A stretch of 64,000 nt of DNA from Candidatus Obscuribacterales bacterium (GTDB taxonomy: Bacteria > Cyanobacteriota > Vampirovibrionia > Obscuribacterales > Obscuribacteraceae). This document shows positions 1-9,537 of the stretch, piece after piece. The stretch's first letter is position 1; each line of letters begins with the position of its first letter. The stretch lies in the NCBI GenBank assembly GCA_965228855.1, contig CBDDIJ010000002.1, positions 1,696,001 to 1,760,000 of the forward strand, given 5' to 3'. The translations under genes and the position numbers were made by a program. Under the pieces are notes generated by a model that ran no database searches, was not told where the DNA came from, and worked only from the letters and a program-made list of their open reading frames with translations.

Positions 1-613
1 ATTTGTTATACAGCGCCAGGGCAATGGCAATATTCGTGCCCAGGCCAACTACAAATAATGCTCCTAAAGCCACCAGAGACAACTCGCTTAATGACTCTCC
101 TGCATCTTGCTCCAGTTGCTCGTACATCACAACTATTTTGTCCGCATGCTCGAAGAGTCCATCCCACTCTCGCTCTATTTGCATCAGGTCGGAAGCACGA
201 TCTCTTAAACTGATAAGCCCTTTGGATATCGCGGGGATGTTACCGTACACATAACCGTGCAATTGTCGAACCTGTTCGCGCGCAGGACCATCCCCTACAA
301 GTTTTTCCAGGGTCTTCATGCTTTTCGGAAGCTCGGTCCAGTCCTTCTCTGATTGCAGCTTATCCCACTGGTGTCGTCCGTGGTGTATTGCATTTATGAA
401 GTGTCTGTAGACAAGGTGCATAGAGAGCAGAGACTGCATCTCTGTCGCACAGACAGCGCGAATCACTTTGGTGGCTTCGCGCTGTCTGTCTACACGCCAG
501 GCTATTTGCTCGATGTAAATCCACAATATGCCGATGAAAATTGCTTGCACGATGAAGATCGAGCCGAATACGAGAAGCGCATTTTTAGTCAGCTGGGATT
601 TGATTGAGATCAT
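1..613 (-). CDS. Membrane sensor protein, probably a histidine kinase; N-terminal part only (runs off the window edge; absent from the ORF track)
   Basis: My translation from ATG at 613 is open to the edge: [36 protein letters not shown]...[25 protein letters not shown]. It has TM1, a periplasmic helical region and TM2, like the neighbouring kinase. Its ATG overlaps the TGA of 610..2793 (ATGA coupling). Confidence 0.8.
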   Translation of the reverse strand, partial: MISIKSQLTKNALLVFGSIFIVQAIFIGILWIYIEQIAWRVDRQREATKVIRAVCATEMQSLLSMHLVYRHFINAIHHGRHQWDKLQSEKDWTELPKSMKTLEKLVGDGPAREQVRQLHGYVYGNIPAISKGLISLRDRASDLMQIEREWDGLFEHADKIVVMYEQLEQDAGESLSELSLVALGALFVVGLGTNIAIALALYNK

Positions 614-2793
614 ACGTTTCCGCTCTTCGCGTTTTCTTTAAACTTGGGCAAACGGAGCCAGAAGCAGCTTCCTTTTCCTTCTTCGCTGATTACGCCTATA
701 CAGCCACCGTGCTTTTCGACTATCTGTTTGCAAATCGCCAGACCCAAACCGGTTCCCGTGCCTCGCTTCGCATCGGATTTTTGAACTTGAACGTAAGACT
801 CGAAAATCTTTTCGTGCATATCTGCTGGTAAACCGCGTCCCTGATCCACGACTCTTATTTCGATTTGGTCGCCGAGGTCGGCTTGCTCCACGGCTATGGT
901 CGTGTTTGCCGGGGAATATTTGATTGCATTGGTTAGCAGATTGACAATAACTTGAATCAATCGTTGTTCGTCTGCTAGCACTGTGACGTCGGAGGCTTGT
1001 GACGTCACAGTCAACTTTTGCAGCTCGGCATGATCACGCACGGCGTTGACGGCGCCGGTAACGATATCGTTCACCGCGCATGGTGTCAGCTCATCGACAA
1101 GCTTTCCTGACGCGAGCTTCTCTATGTCGAGAAGTTCATCGATTAACTTGAGCAAGCGATCGATGTTGGCTAATGTTCTCATAATTCGCTGTTGCTGTTT
1201 TTGCTGCGCAGGTGAAGCTTCACTCTCTGGTTTTGGAGCTTTTCCGTAGCTCGATATAATTCCGCGTACTCTAGCCAGTGGATCGCGCAGGCGCTGTCCA
1301 AGCAGGTTTACGTAGTCGCTTTTCATTCTCTGAAGTCTTACGCGTTCTGTCGCGTCCTCGAAAAGAACAACAACGCGTTCGTCCTTATCTCTTTTCTCCT
1401 GACCTACCGTTACATCTAAGAAACGTCTCTCGCCTGTCTCTAAAGTAGTACAGCGTATCGACGATGTATCTTTGCCAGCCCTCAATAATGCCGAAAGAGG
1501 CTCACCGTCGGACATGGGCGTCATGAGATTGTCGAGGCTCTGTCCGCGAAGTTCGCTACCTCCGAAAAATTGTAGAGCTGTTTTATTTGCGGTTTGAATT
1601 CGGGTATCATCTCCGAAAGTAATTATCCCGACCGGCATGTTATCTATCGATTCGCGAATTTGTTTTTCCTGTTCAATCAATAGGTTTTCAAACCGTTTGT
1701 TTTCGCTTGCATCACGAACGAAGCAGAAGAACGATCCGTTAGACGCAGACCACTGCGCCGACCAGAGCGTTTGAATCAAGTTCCCATTCTTCATTGTCAC
1801 AGTATCTTCCGCTTCGTAACGTGCGTCTTGTGACGCGTCTGACATCTTGTCGATGAAAACCGACGGAATCAGCTCTGTTTTCAGAATCGTTGAAACGGTC
1901 GCACCGATGAGCTCATCAGGTGTGAAGCCCCACTGCTCGATGCACGCTGGACTGACGTCGATGAATACCCCCCTGCTATCCAGTGAGCAAATTACATCGA
2001 TTGAATGTTGAAAGAACGAACGCTCCTGCTCCGCCGCGATCGCAAGTTCTGAACTCAGTCTTCGGAAAAGGGCATCAACAGCATCGATCTCATCGTTGCC
2101 ACTCTCGATTTCAATCAACGGTTCGCCTTCGCCGAAGCGCGCTACGTTTTCCGTAACTTGATCGATTCGTCTTGCTATCTGTTTCCAGAAATACAGACCC
2201 GCAACAATCACAGTAACGAGGTTTCCGAAGAATCCCAGTGCCAACAGTTGTCTGATGTGGTCTAGATTTGCTCTAGTTTTTTCAGCGGACTCATCGTTGA
2301 GTCCGTAGTGCGACATAAACTTACGGGTGCGCTCCGATATGCCCATGCGCAAATCTTGAGAGCGTTCTGCTTGTTCTCTTGAAACATTGAGCCCAAGCGC
2401 ATATTGTTTTTCGGCATCAGCAATGTATTCACGTTTGGCTTCTTGGATCGAATTCCAATCTCGTAATTCTCTGGGTGAGTCCTTTACGAGCTCGTAAAGC
2501 GCATCTAGTTGCTTGTCGAGCTGCTCTATGTAACGCGGATAGGTCGACGATTTCACGTTGTCGCTTTGTAGCGTCAAAAACTGTTCGCGTACCAGACCAA
2601 AATTCATCCGCACATTCTGTCGAATCAGGCGAGCAATATGGGCTACTATCGTGCGTTCTTTATTTTGCTGTTTTAAACTTGCCTGAAGCGAAAATATTTG
2701 ACTCGACAAAATGCCCACAAACAGAACTTCCGTCGCCACCAGAAAGCTGACTACTAGAAGTCCTCGTTGAGAGATTGTGAGTGAGCGCTGCAT
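610..2793 (-). CDS. Membrane PAS-domain sensor histidine kinase-like protein (2 TM, HAMP, 2 PAS, HisKA-like, HATPase_c); phospho-acceptor His apparently absent
   Basis: N box [11 protein letters not shown]1 VVDQGRG, G2 [12 protein letters not shown] motif [10 protein letters not shown]...[10 protein letters not shown]; the H-box region reads [10 protein letters not shown]. Confidence 0.9.
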   Translation of the reverse strand: MQRSLTISQRGLLVVSFLVATEVLFVGILSSQIFSLQASLKQQNKERTIVAHIARLIRQNVRMNFGLVREQFLTLQSDNVKSSTYPRYIEQLDKQLDALYELVKDSPRELRDWNSIQEAKREYIADAEKQYALGLNVSREQAERSQDLRMGISERTRKFMSHYGLNDESAEKTRANLDHIRQLLALGFFGNLVTVIVAGLYFWKQIARRIDQVTENVARFGEGEPLIEIESGNDEIDAVDALFRRLSSELAIAAEQERSFFQHSIDVICSLDSRGVFIDVSPACIEQWGFTPDELIGATVSTILKTELIPSVFIDKMSDASQDARYEAEDTVTMKNGNLIQTLWSAQWSASNGSFFCFVRDASENKRFENLLIEQEKQIRESIDNMPVGIITFGDDTRIQTANKTALQFFGGSELRGQSLDNLMTPMSDGEPLSALLRAGKDTSSIRCTTLETGERRFLDVTVGQEKRDKDERVVVLFEDATERVRLQRMKSDYVNLLGQRLRDPLARVRGIISSYGKAPKPESEASPAQQKQQQRIMRTLANIDRLLKLIDELLDIEKLASGKLVDELTPCAVNDIVTGAVNAVRDHAELQKLTVTSQASDVTVLADEQRLIQVIVNLLTNAIKYSPANTTIAVEQADLGDQIEIRVVDQGRGLPADMHEKIFESYVQVQKSDAKRGTGTGLGLAICKQIVEKHGGCIGVISEEGKGSCFWLRLPKFKENAKSGNV

Positions 2794-3144
2794 ACCTTAC
2801 TGACATTAGGTTTCACCAGGACATTGTGCCCAATAAAGGCAACCGCGATTGTTTTCGTCCGATATTGGAGCTTTTGCGGTTGTGACAAGGGCTCTCATCT
2901 CAAAGGTGCGGCAAGGGGTTTCATCACGGAGAGGCGTCGAACGTTCCAACGCGAAGTGTGGACTGGCGTATGGGGTTTTCCGCTAAGTCGCTAAATTTTG
3001 GATGTAAAACGGCATGATCGCTGGAATTAACGAGCCTCGGCGTGGTATCTTCTGACCTTGTCTCTGAGTGCGCTCTACCTGGCACGCGCATTTTGTCGGA
3101 GCAGGCACCCTTGGGCAGTTTAGCGAGTTGGTAAGGGGGATGAT

Positions 3145-6100
3145 ATGAGAAGGATCGAGCTTGCGTTGACAAGTCACCTTGCGAATCTGAAGGTGTTCGC
3201 GATTGCCGGGACTTTGCTCCTTGCTGCGACGCAACCGGCGTCGGCGCGCAATGATTTCTCTTTTCGCGATTTCCGGGAGCAGAATCCCGAGTTGGGACGG
3301 CATGAGGCGCGCCAGGCGTTTAAGTCCGAAGTTCGCGACTTGCGTCAGAACAGTCGTGTGTTCCAAGCCCCTGTAATCAACAATGTCCCATCCACCGACA
3401 CTGTTCAAGTTCAAATCGAAACTCGCGGCAACCATGCTGGCCGCGTGAACAACACGCTGCGCAATCGCTCCGCTCAGATAGGCGATTCCGGTCAATTGAT
3501 CCGCCTGAAAAGCGGCCTCGATCTCGATTTGACCTCGACTCAGCGCAATATCTCCTTAGGCAAAGGTCTGTTCGCTGATGTCGACGCTGTTCAGATAACC
3601 TTTGGCGGCGAAACCAAAACCGTCCACGCCGGCAGTCTGGTCTCCGCTGCGGAATATGTTGCTGTAAAACAGGTGCTGGATGGCGGTTCCCAGAAGGTTG
3701 TTATCGACCGCAGCGGTCGGGCTAGTGGCGGCGAGGTAAACCTTGAAGCTGTCGCATCGGATAGAACAGCTCTTCGTGCATCGTCGCTCGTGATCGCCGA
3801 AGGTGTCACCACATCCGGTGACTTCGGTCGCAACTCAGAATTTAAACTGCTTGGCGATCTGAGCAACTATGGAACATTGTATGCCTTCTCCAGTGACAGC
3901 GGTACAAAGTCTGGAGCGATTCGTGCTCACGACATCAATAATTACAAGGGTGCCACTATCGATTCCAATGTTGATTTGACGCTCGATGCTTCCGGCAATC
4001 TCAATAACTTTGGAACGATTTCGTCCACTGGCAGTCTCACGCTGACCGCTGCAGGTGCGGTCAATAATAGTCGAGGTGGTTCGGTCAAAGCGTCCGGCGA
4101 CATCAATTTGCAGGCTGATGCGGTCAACAATCAAGGCACGATAGAGTCCACCGGTAGCAATATCAATCTGCAAGGTTCGACCCTGGCGTTGATGAACGTC
4201 GATAACAACAAAGGAACCCTGAAAGCGCTAAATGGCGCCATTAACGTTCGCGATGCTTCATATTCGGGAGCCTTCGATTCATACGTAGATGGCGGCGACT
4301 TGCTCAGCAAGGAAGTGAATGTTCACACCGGATACGGTGTCGCTAATGTGTACGTCAACGAATTGACCGGCGTGCTGAATCAATACGGTTCTGCCGCGCA
4401 TATCAAGGCAGATACTGACACTCTCACCTTGGGTACAACCTGTCTGACCGGCGATCCCACGATCTACAACACATCTGGCGATATCAACATTACCGCGGAT
4501 ATCAGCGTGGCAGAGAACCTCGTTTTCGTTGCCTCCGGCGACATCATCGTAGCTGATAACGTCAATATTTTCGCAGGCGATGCTTCTCGCGGTTACGAGA
4601 TGAATTTTATCGCTGGTGCGAGCTTTGTCCCCACGGGCGGTGGTACTGACTCTCCGACGGTCCCTCCTCTAACTGGTGCTGGTGGAGTTGACTTGAACGG
4701 TAAAGCCTCGAAGACTGGAGGCGGCATCATCATGGGCACTAATGTCACAGTGACATCGAGAGCTTCAAACACATCTGGTGACTCCAACGGTGACGGCATC
4801 TTAATGGTGGCATTCAAGGGCAAAACTACGAATGCCGGTAAAGTCGACATCTCAGGCGCGACTATCAAGACGGGTGGAAGTGGGACAGGAACGAACGGTT
4901 CTTTTTTCGTGCTCGCTGCCGGCACCAAAGGCGATGTCATTAAAACGGGCGTAATCGACACCACTGGTGGTTCAGACGATAGTAATTTCGAGGGACTAAT
5001 CGGTTTATATACAGTAGACATTATTACCGAGAAGCGGACCTTCGATCCGAACATTCCGGACACTGGGCACGTTATCTACGATGCGAACGGCGTAAACATC
5101 TCGGACTATCGATTGACCGGAAATAACTTCAGTAAAGGCGGTAACCTGATTATCAACGATGTTATTCCTGGTGACGATATTAAAGGTCGGTCAATGGACC
5201 TTTACGGTGGAGGCGGAGTCAGTATTCTTGGACAGGTAAATTCTTTCTCGCTTGATCCAGGTTCCTTCGGTACCAGCATCGATATGGTGACTAACGACGC
5301 AATAACATCCGGACCAAACGGTTCGCTTAAATCGGAATCCGTAATTTTCCTGATCGCTACCAATGTAATAGGTTCATCTACAGCTCGCATCGTCACTGAC
5401 GCACCTGACGTTGAATTCTTCAACCAGAAAGGCAAGGATGTCTGGGTCACGATTCAGGGCACCGGAGAAGTGGCTATAACCGGACTGGCAAGCAGCAAAG
5501 GGATTATAGATGTCGATGCGTCGGGCAGGCAGGTCAGTTCGCCATTTAACTTGCTCTCCGCAGGTACCGTGAACATAGTTGCTGATAGTCTGGGTGGGAC
5601 CAATCCTTTTCCCGGTCCTCCGCGGAAGCTCAACAACGTTGATGCAGGCGTTCTTAACTTGCATGTTTTGAACGGAGATATAGACAACACGAATTTTGGT
5701 CCGGTCAGCGCACAGTTTGTGACTCTTACCGCCGACAACGGCTCCATTGGCACGAGCAGCAGCTTGCTCGCGGCTCCCACGGGTGTCAAACAGATGGTGC
5801 TCACTGCAGGTAATGGCGGTGTGTTTGTGAACAGCGCGAGTTCGAACTCAATCTCTGTAAGCTCTTCAGCAACCGGCGCGACGACAATTTTCGCGAACGG
5901 CAGTCTGGAGCTTTTAAATGTCTCTTCTCAAGCTGGGGATACGACGATTCAGACCTCCAATGGTACATTGACGGTTGCCGGCAATGTGACAGCGAAGGAT
6001 TCTTTGAGCATCGTCAACACTAACACTAAAGGCAAGTTTGCAATCGACAAGAACATCGTCATCGCCACAGATGGAACCGCCGGCGGTGACGGAAACATTC

Positions 6101-6336
6101 TTCTTTCCGTCGGACCGACTAATATTACTCCGGTGAGTTCGTTGCCGGCCAACGTGACGACTGACATTACCGGAACCGGAACTGTCACGATCACCGGCGG
6201 CGGTATCAAAGCAAAGTCGCCAGACAATGTGTTAATCATTCCGGCTGAAGCAGGAATCACTGTTAATAACGGTTTGAAGAGCTCAAACTTCACCATGGGC
6301 GGTGGTGTTCAGATAACCGCGACTAACAATAACTAG
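3145..6336 (+). CDS. Large secreted filamentous-haemagglutinin-like (beta-helix) adhesin-type protein, 1063 aa
   Basis: Signal peptide ending QPASA; Gly/Asn/Thr/Ser-rich FHA-like repeats (LTLDASGNLNNFGTISSTGSLTLTAAGAVNN); N-terminal region homologous to 54493..63207. Confidence 0.75.
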   Translation: MRRIELALTSHLANLKVFAIAGTLLLAATQPASARNDFSFRDFREQNPELGRHEARQAFKSEVRDLRQNSRVFQAPVINNVPSTDTVQVQIETRGNHAGRVNNTLRNRSAQIGDSGQLIRLKSGLDLDLTSTQRNISLGKGLFADVDAVQITFGGETKTVHAGSLVSAAEYVAVKQVLDGGSQKVVIDRSGRASGGEVNLEAVASDRTALRASSLVIAEGVTTSGDFGRNSEFKLLGDLSNYGTLYAFSSDSGTKSGAIRAHDINNYKGATIDSNVDLTLDASGNLNNFGTISSTGSLTLTAAGAVNNSRGGSVKASGDINLQADAVNNQGTIESTGSNINLQGSTLALMNVDNNKGTLKALNGAINVRDASYSGAFDSYVDGGDLLSKEVNVHTGYGVANVYVNELTGVLNQYGSAAHIKADTDTLTLGTTCLTGDPTIYNTSGDINITADISVAENLVFVASGDIIVADNVNIFAGDASRGYEMNFIAGASFVPTGGGTDSPTVPPLTGAGGVDLNGKASKTGGGIIMGTNVTVTSRASNTSGDSNGDGILMVAFKGKTTNAGKVDISGATIKTGGSGTGTNGSFFVLAAGTKGDVIKTGVIDTTGGSDDSNFEGLIGLYTVDIITEKRTFDPNIPDTGHVIYDANGVNISDYRLTGNNFSKGGNLIINDVIPGDDIKGRSMDLYGGGGVSILGQVNSFSLDPGSFGTSIDMVTNDAITSGPNGSLKSESVIFLIATNVIGSSTARIVTDAPDVEFFNQKGKDVWVTIQGTGEVAITGLASSKGIIDVDASGRQVSSPFNLLSAGTVNIVADSLGGTNPFPGPPRKLNNVDAGVLNLHVLNGDIDNTNFGPVSAQFVTLTADNGSIGTSSSLLAAPTGVKQMVLTAGNGGVFVNSASSNSISVSSSATGATTIFANGSLELLNVSSQAGDTTIQTSNGTLTVAGNVTAKDSLSIVNTNTKGKFAIDKNIVIATDGTAGGDGNILLSVGPTNITPVSSLPANVTTDITGTGTVTITGGGIKAKSPDNVLIIPAEAGITVNNGLKSSNFTMGGGVQITATNNN

Positions 6337-6355
6337 ACGGTCGCTCGTATATAAA

Positions 6356-6394
6356 CAGAAGAGACCGGCGTTATCTCGATGCCGGTCTCTTCTG
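6356..6394. terminator. Hairpin between convergent genes, probable bidirectional intrinsic terminator
   Basis: Perfect 14-bp inverted repeat cagaagagaccggc / gccggtctcttctg with an 11-nt loop, between stops at 6336 (+) and 6421 (-). Confidence 0.75.
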
Positions 6395-6420
6395 GTAAGT
6401 AGTCGCTTGCGTTTAATGAA

Positions 6421-6654
6421 CTATGAGCCGGTTGGACTGAACGTTCCTTCGTTGCCTAGTTCCTTGGACGCGTCGCACGCGAAGTGTCCGCATCCACAGA
6501 GTTGCATATCGTCGGATGTCTCGACCTTCTCACAAAACTCATTGCAGAATTCGCCTTCCGTCGTCTGGCAATTGCAGCCCACGTGAGAGCACGTTGCGAC
6601 TGCAGTTGCGCTTGAGCTATTGCTCTTTGCTTCACCTTTATCGTTAGTAGCCAT
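6421..6654 (-). CDS. Bacterial metallothionein-like Cys/His-rich protein
   Basis: CSHVGCNC-x7-CNEFC-x11-CGCGHFAC resembles prokaryotic metallothioneins; AGGAG RBS upstream. Confidence 0.7.
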   Translation of the reverse strand: MATNDKGEAKSNSSSATAVATCSHVGCNCQTTEGEFCNEFCEKVETSDDMQLCGCGHFACDASKELGNEGTFSPTGS

Positions 6655-6665
6655 TCTCGAATCTC

Positions 6666-6947
6666 CTATTTTGTTTTCTTTTTACCGCCATGTCCAAATC
6701 CACCACCCCAGCTCTTGCCTCGGTAGCTGCTATTGATGCTGACTCCTGTGCTACCGCCGATAGTGCCGGCGTTGAATGACGAGCGTCCAAAAGAAGCGCC
6801 GCCGAATCCGCCAGTGTTACCCGTGTGACCGCCTATGGCAATGCCACCTCCGCCAGCTGAGACAGCTGCCGGACCTGCGATAGCTTGGGTGTTTTAAGCC
6901 GCTAGAAACATTATTACAGCTGCAGAAACCGTTACTCTAGCTTTCAT
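6666..6947 (-). pseudogene. Gly-rich secreted peptide gene interrupted by an in-frame TAA (codon 18, 6894-6896)
   Basis: My translation: MKARVTVSAAVIMFLAA*NTQAIAGPAAVSAGGGGIAIGGHTGNTGGFGGASFGRSSFNAGTIGGSTGVSINSSYRGKSWGGGFGHGGKKKTK*. AGAGG RBS upstream. Its TAG overlaps the RBS of the metallothionein-like gene. Confidence 0.65.
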
Positions 6948-7091
6948 AATTTGCCTCTAAATTTCCGATATTTACGAGGCGTAATTGAGTATCAGTTGTT
7001 CCCCGTCTGTGAATCTAGGTGAACTAAGCTTTTATATTCGACTTGCAGTAAGATTAAGCTGAAAGCGAAACGAATCGAAAGGAGAGTCGCC

Positions 7092-8063
7092 TTGAAGAAT
7101 CGAAACAGCGGAAGGCGCGGGGCGAAGGCGCTTGCAGCACTACTTTTCGCCGGTGGACTCATTGTGTCCTCTCAGCCAGCTTTCTCTGAGAGCAAGGTCG
7201 CCGTCGACGACTCAACGATTCGGAAGATCGCTGAAACGCAGATAACGCCGGAAGGACGCGCATACCATTTGCTTAGATACTGTCGCTCCGTTCTTCAAAG
7301 CGGGAATGCTCAGGTTTTAGAAGAAAACTTCCACTATCTCAATGAGCCGAGATATTTTTTTCGAGAGTCAAACATTTTGGCAAACTGGGCTGATGAGCTC
7401 GCCACTAAAAAACTGGACAGTGGAAAACAGTCGAAAGCGTCGAAGAACGCAGTTGTCGCTGAGCACGCTCTGAAAGAGGCCGTCTCGCAGCTAAATAAAT
7501 CGACCAAGAGTTCTATAAAGCTGCATTTATTTTTCATTGCGTCACTTCTGGCTAAACAATCCGGTCATAACGATGTCGCGAAAGAGTGCGATAGCTATGT
7601 TTCGAAAAACATCGATGCCTGTGAAGCGAGTTCGAATGTTGATCTTGAATTGGTTACGGCTGCCGTTTCAGCTTTAAACTCGATGGCGTATGCTATCGTA
7701 CCGATCCGAATTGCAGAACACGAGCAGCCGCCTGGGAAGAACCCGCAGGTCGTTGCCGGAGACCAATCACCGAACGCCGAGGAATTTAAACAGGCGGAGA
7801 AACTAAAACTACGAGCCGCTTCGATCGCTGACCGGCTACCCGCGGACGAGCACGTGCGCCGAAAGGTTCACCGCGATCTATCGCTCTGGTATAAGCAACT
7901 CGGCAAGCCTGAGTTGGCTGATAAGCAAAAGAAAATCGTTTTTCAACTCGTTGGCGTAAACGATGACCGAATACTTTTTCCATCGTCAGGAGTTTGTGGA
8001 CATTTGCTGTGGTGGAAATTGACTTCCGCTAACGCTGCTCGGGTCAAATGCGGCATGGGTTAA
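7092..8063 (+). CDS. Secreted helical protein with C-terminal CGMG motif; putative MNIO substrate (protein-sized RiPP precursor)
   Basis: GGAGAG RBS then TTG; signal peptide (…GRRGAKALAALLFAGGLIVSSQPAFS); ends GVCGHLLWWKLTSANAARVKCGMG*; lies directly upstream of a DUF692 gene. Confidence 0.75.
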   Translation: MKNRNSGRRGAKALAALLFAGGLIVSSQPAFSESKVAVDDSTIRKIAETQITPEGRAYHLLRYCRSVLQSGNAQVLEENFHYLNEPRYFFRESNILANWADELATKKLDSGKQSKASKNAVVAEHALKEAVSQLNKSTKSSIKLHLFFIASLLAKQSGHNDVAKECDSYVSKNIDACEASSNVDLELVTAAVSALNSMAYAIVPIRIAEHEQPPGKNPQVVAGDQSPNAEEFKQAEKLKLRAASIADRLPADEHVRRKVHRDLSLWYKQLGKPELADKQKKIVFQLVGVNDDRILFPSSGVCGHLLWWKLTSANAARVKCGMG

Positions 8064-8111
8064 TGATGTATTTGCGAAGGACGGCGACGGCGTTTAGGAA
8101 GCGATCAGAAG

Positions 8112-8999
8112 ATGCAGATGCTCAGTCAGAAACCGAAGCTAGGACTTTCCTTAATGCCTTCTGAGGATTTTCAGCAGGCGACCCTTGAGTTGTTTGAACA
8201 AGATCGAGTTGAGGTGGTTGAGTGGAGTTTCGATTTCGCGTTGACCGGTGCCGAGATCGATGTTTGGTCTGCGCAAATTCTTGATCGGTTCAGTAACAAA
8301 AATGCTTTGCTTGGTCACGGTGTGAATCTATCACCGCTATCGGCGAGCTTTTCCGAGCGGCAGGAAAAGTGGTTGGCGCATGCGCGCAGTGAGTTTGAAT
8401 TTAGAAAGTACGTGCATGCTTCGGAACATTTTGGATTCTCGGAGGCGGGACCGATTGCTCACGGCGCACCGTTGGCGGTGCCAATGACTCCTGAATCGCT
8501 CCGTCGCGGCAAGGAGATGCTTAAGCGATACGCTGATGCCGTCCAGTGTCCGGTTGGATTAGAGAATCTGGCGTTTGCCTTTTGCATGGAGGACGTTAAA
8601 CGGCAAGGCGAGTTTATCGATCAATTAATTTCCTCTGTCGATGGATTTTTGCTTTTAGATGCCCATAACATTTATTGCCAGGTTGAAAACTTCGGAGTGC
8701 CTGAACGCGAACTATTGGATTCTTACCCGCTCTCAAAAGTCCGTGAGATACACCTGTCGGGCGGTTCGTGGAGTTTCTCCGAGTCCGGAGCACGACTCGC
8801 TGTGAGGAGAGATACTCATGACGATGTGGTCCCGCAGGAGGTCTTCAATATTGCCACTTTGGCTTTGAAGCTTTGTCCAAGCATTCAGTATGTTATCCTT
8901 GAGCGACTCGCGTACACCATGATGGAACCAGAGCAGCAGCAAGGTTTTCGCGAAGATTTTGAAACCATTGAGGAGATTCTGGAGCTTTGCTATGTCTGA
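8112..8999 (+). CDS. DUF692 family multinuclear non-heme iron oxidative enzyme (MNIO), ChrH-like
   Basis: Family motifs GHGVNLS, SEHFGF, VGLENLAF, LLLDAHNIYCQ, VREIHLSGG, RRDTHDD, VILER. The N-terminus KPKLGLSLMP...VEWSFD matches my recollection of the ChrH subgroup. Confidence 0.92.
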   Translation: MQMLSQKPKLGLSLMPSEDFQQATLELFEQDRVEVVEWSFDFALTGAEIDVWSAQILDRFSNKNALLGHGVNLSPLSASFSERQEKWLAHARSEFEFRKYVHASEHFGFSEAGPIAHGAPLAVPMTPESLRRGKEMLKRYADAVQCPVGLENLAFAFCMEDVKRQGEFIDQLISSVDGFLLLDAHNIYCQVENFGVPERELLDSYPLSKVREIHLSGGSWSFSESGARLAVRRDTHDDVVPQEVFNIATLALKLCPSIQYVILERLAYTMMEPEQQQGFREDFETIEEILELCYV

Positions 9000-9195
9000 A
9001 GAGTCTGATTTTAAACGGTTTCAAGACGCGCTTGCGGAGCTGCTTGCGAGCGGTTTAACGCAATCGGAAATTCTTGATACGCTGAAAGCCGATTCGCGCT
9101 TTGATTGCTATCGCGAATACGTTGATAGCTTTGAACCGGATATGGTGGCAGTCGCTTGTGAGCTTATGGGGCGATGGGCGAAGCGCAAAGAATGA
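8992..9195 (+). CDS. Small helical protein (67 aa), putative MNIO partner / substrate-recognition subunit
   Basis: GGAG RBS at 8981 and ATG at 8992, overlapping the DUF692 stop by 8 nt; MSEESDFKRFQDALAELL...VACELMGRWAKRKE. Confidence 0.7.
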   Translation: MSEESDFKRFQDALAELLASGLTQSEILDTLKADSRFDCYREYVDSFEPDMVAVACELMGRWAKRKE

Positions 9196-9216
9196 CCGTT
9201 TGAAGTTTCAAGTGGC

Positions 9217-9486
9217 TCAAGCTAGTTCGGGCGGAGGTCCCATCAATGGTCCAGTGTAGCTGCACGAGTTGCATCGGACCATTTGGCCTTCAGTCACCCA
9301 GTCACACGCCGATATGCAAGTTCTGGACGATTTGCGCTTTGGCTCGCCCTTGACTTTTGGCGTGCGAAAAATTTGATCGCAAAACGAACATCGCATGACG
9401 ACCCAATCGCCTTCTTCGTGAAGGACCGGTCCGTAGTGCTTATAGTGGCAGAGATCTTCGTCTAAATCGTCAAACATGGTTTTCAA
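9217..9486 (-). CDS. Small Cys-rich protein with two zinc-ribbon-like units
   Basis: Internal repeat DWVVMRCSFC / DWVTEGQMVRCNSC, plus CHYKH and CISAC. Confidence 0.55.
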   Translation of the reverse strand: MKTMFDDLDEDLCHYKHYGPVLHEEGDWVVMRCSFCDQIFRTPKVKGEPKRKSSRTCISACDWVTEGQMVRCNSCSYTGPLMGPPPELA

Positions 9487-9537
9487 CTCGCCATAGAATT
9501 TTAAGGCGCCCGGCGACCATGTTCCAGCAAAGTTGTC

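Noticed and set aside
4441..4470. CLTGD resembles an intein/Hint N-terminus (also at 55891)
   Set aside because: It is followed by PT and beta-helix repeats; no Hint block B (TxxH) or terminal HN is visible.
7092..7190. Possible Tat signal (SGRRGAK) on the CGMG protein
   Set aside because: It has twin Arg but lacks the consensus F-L-K positions, so I cannot distinguish it from a Sec signal by eye.
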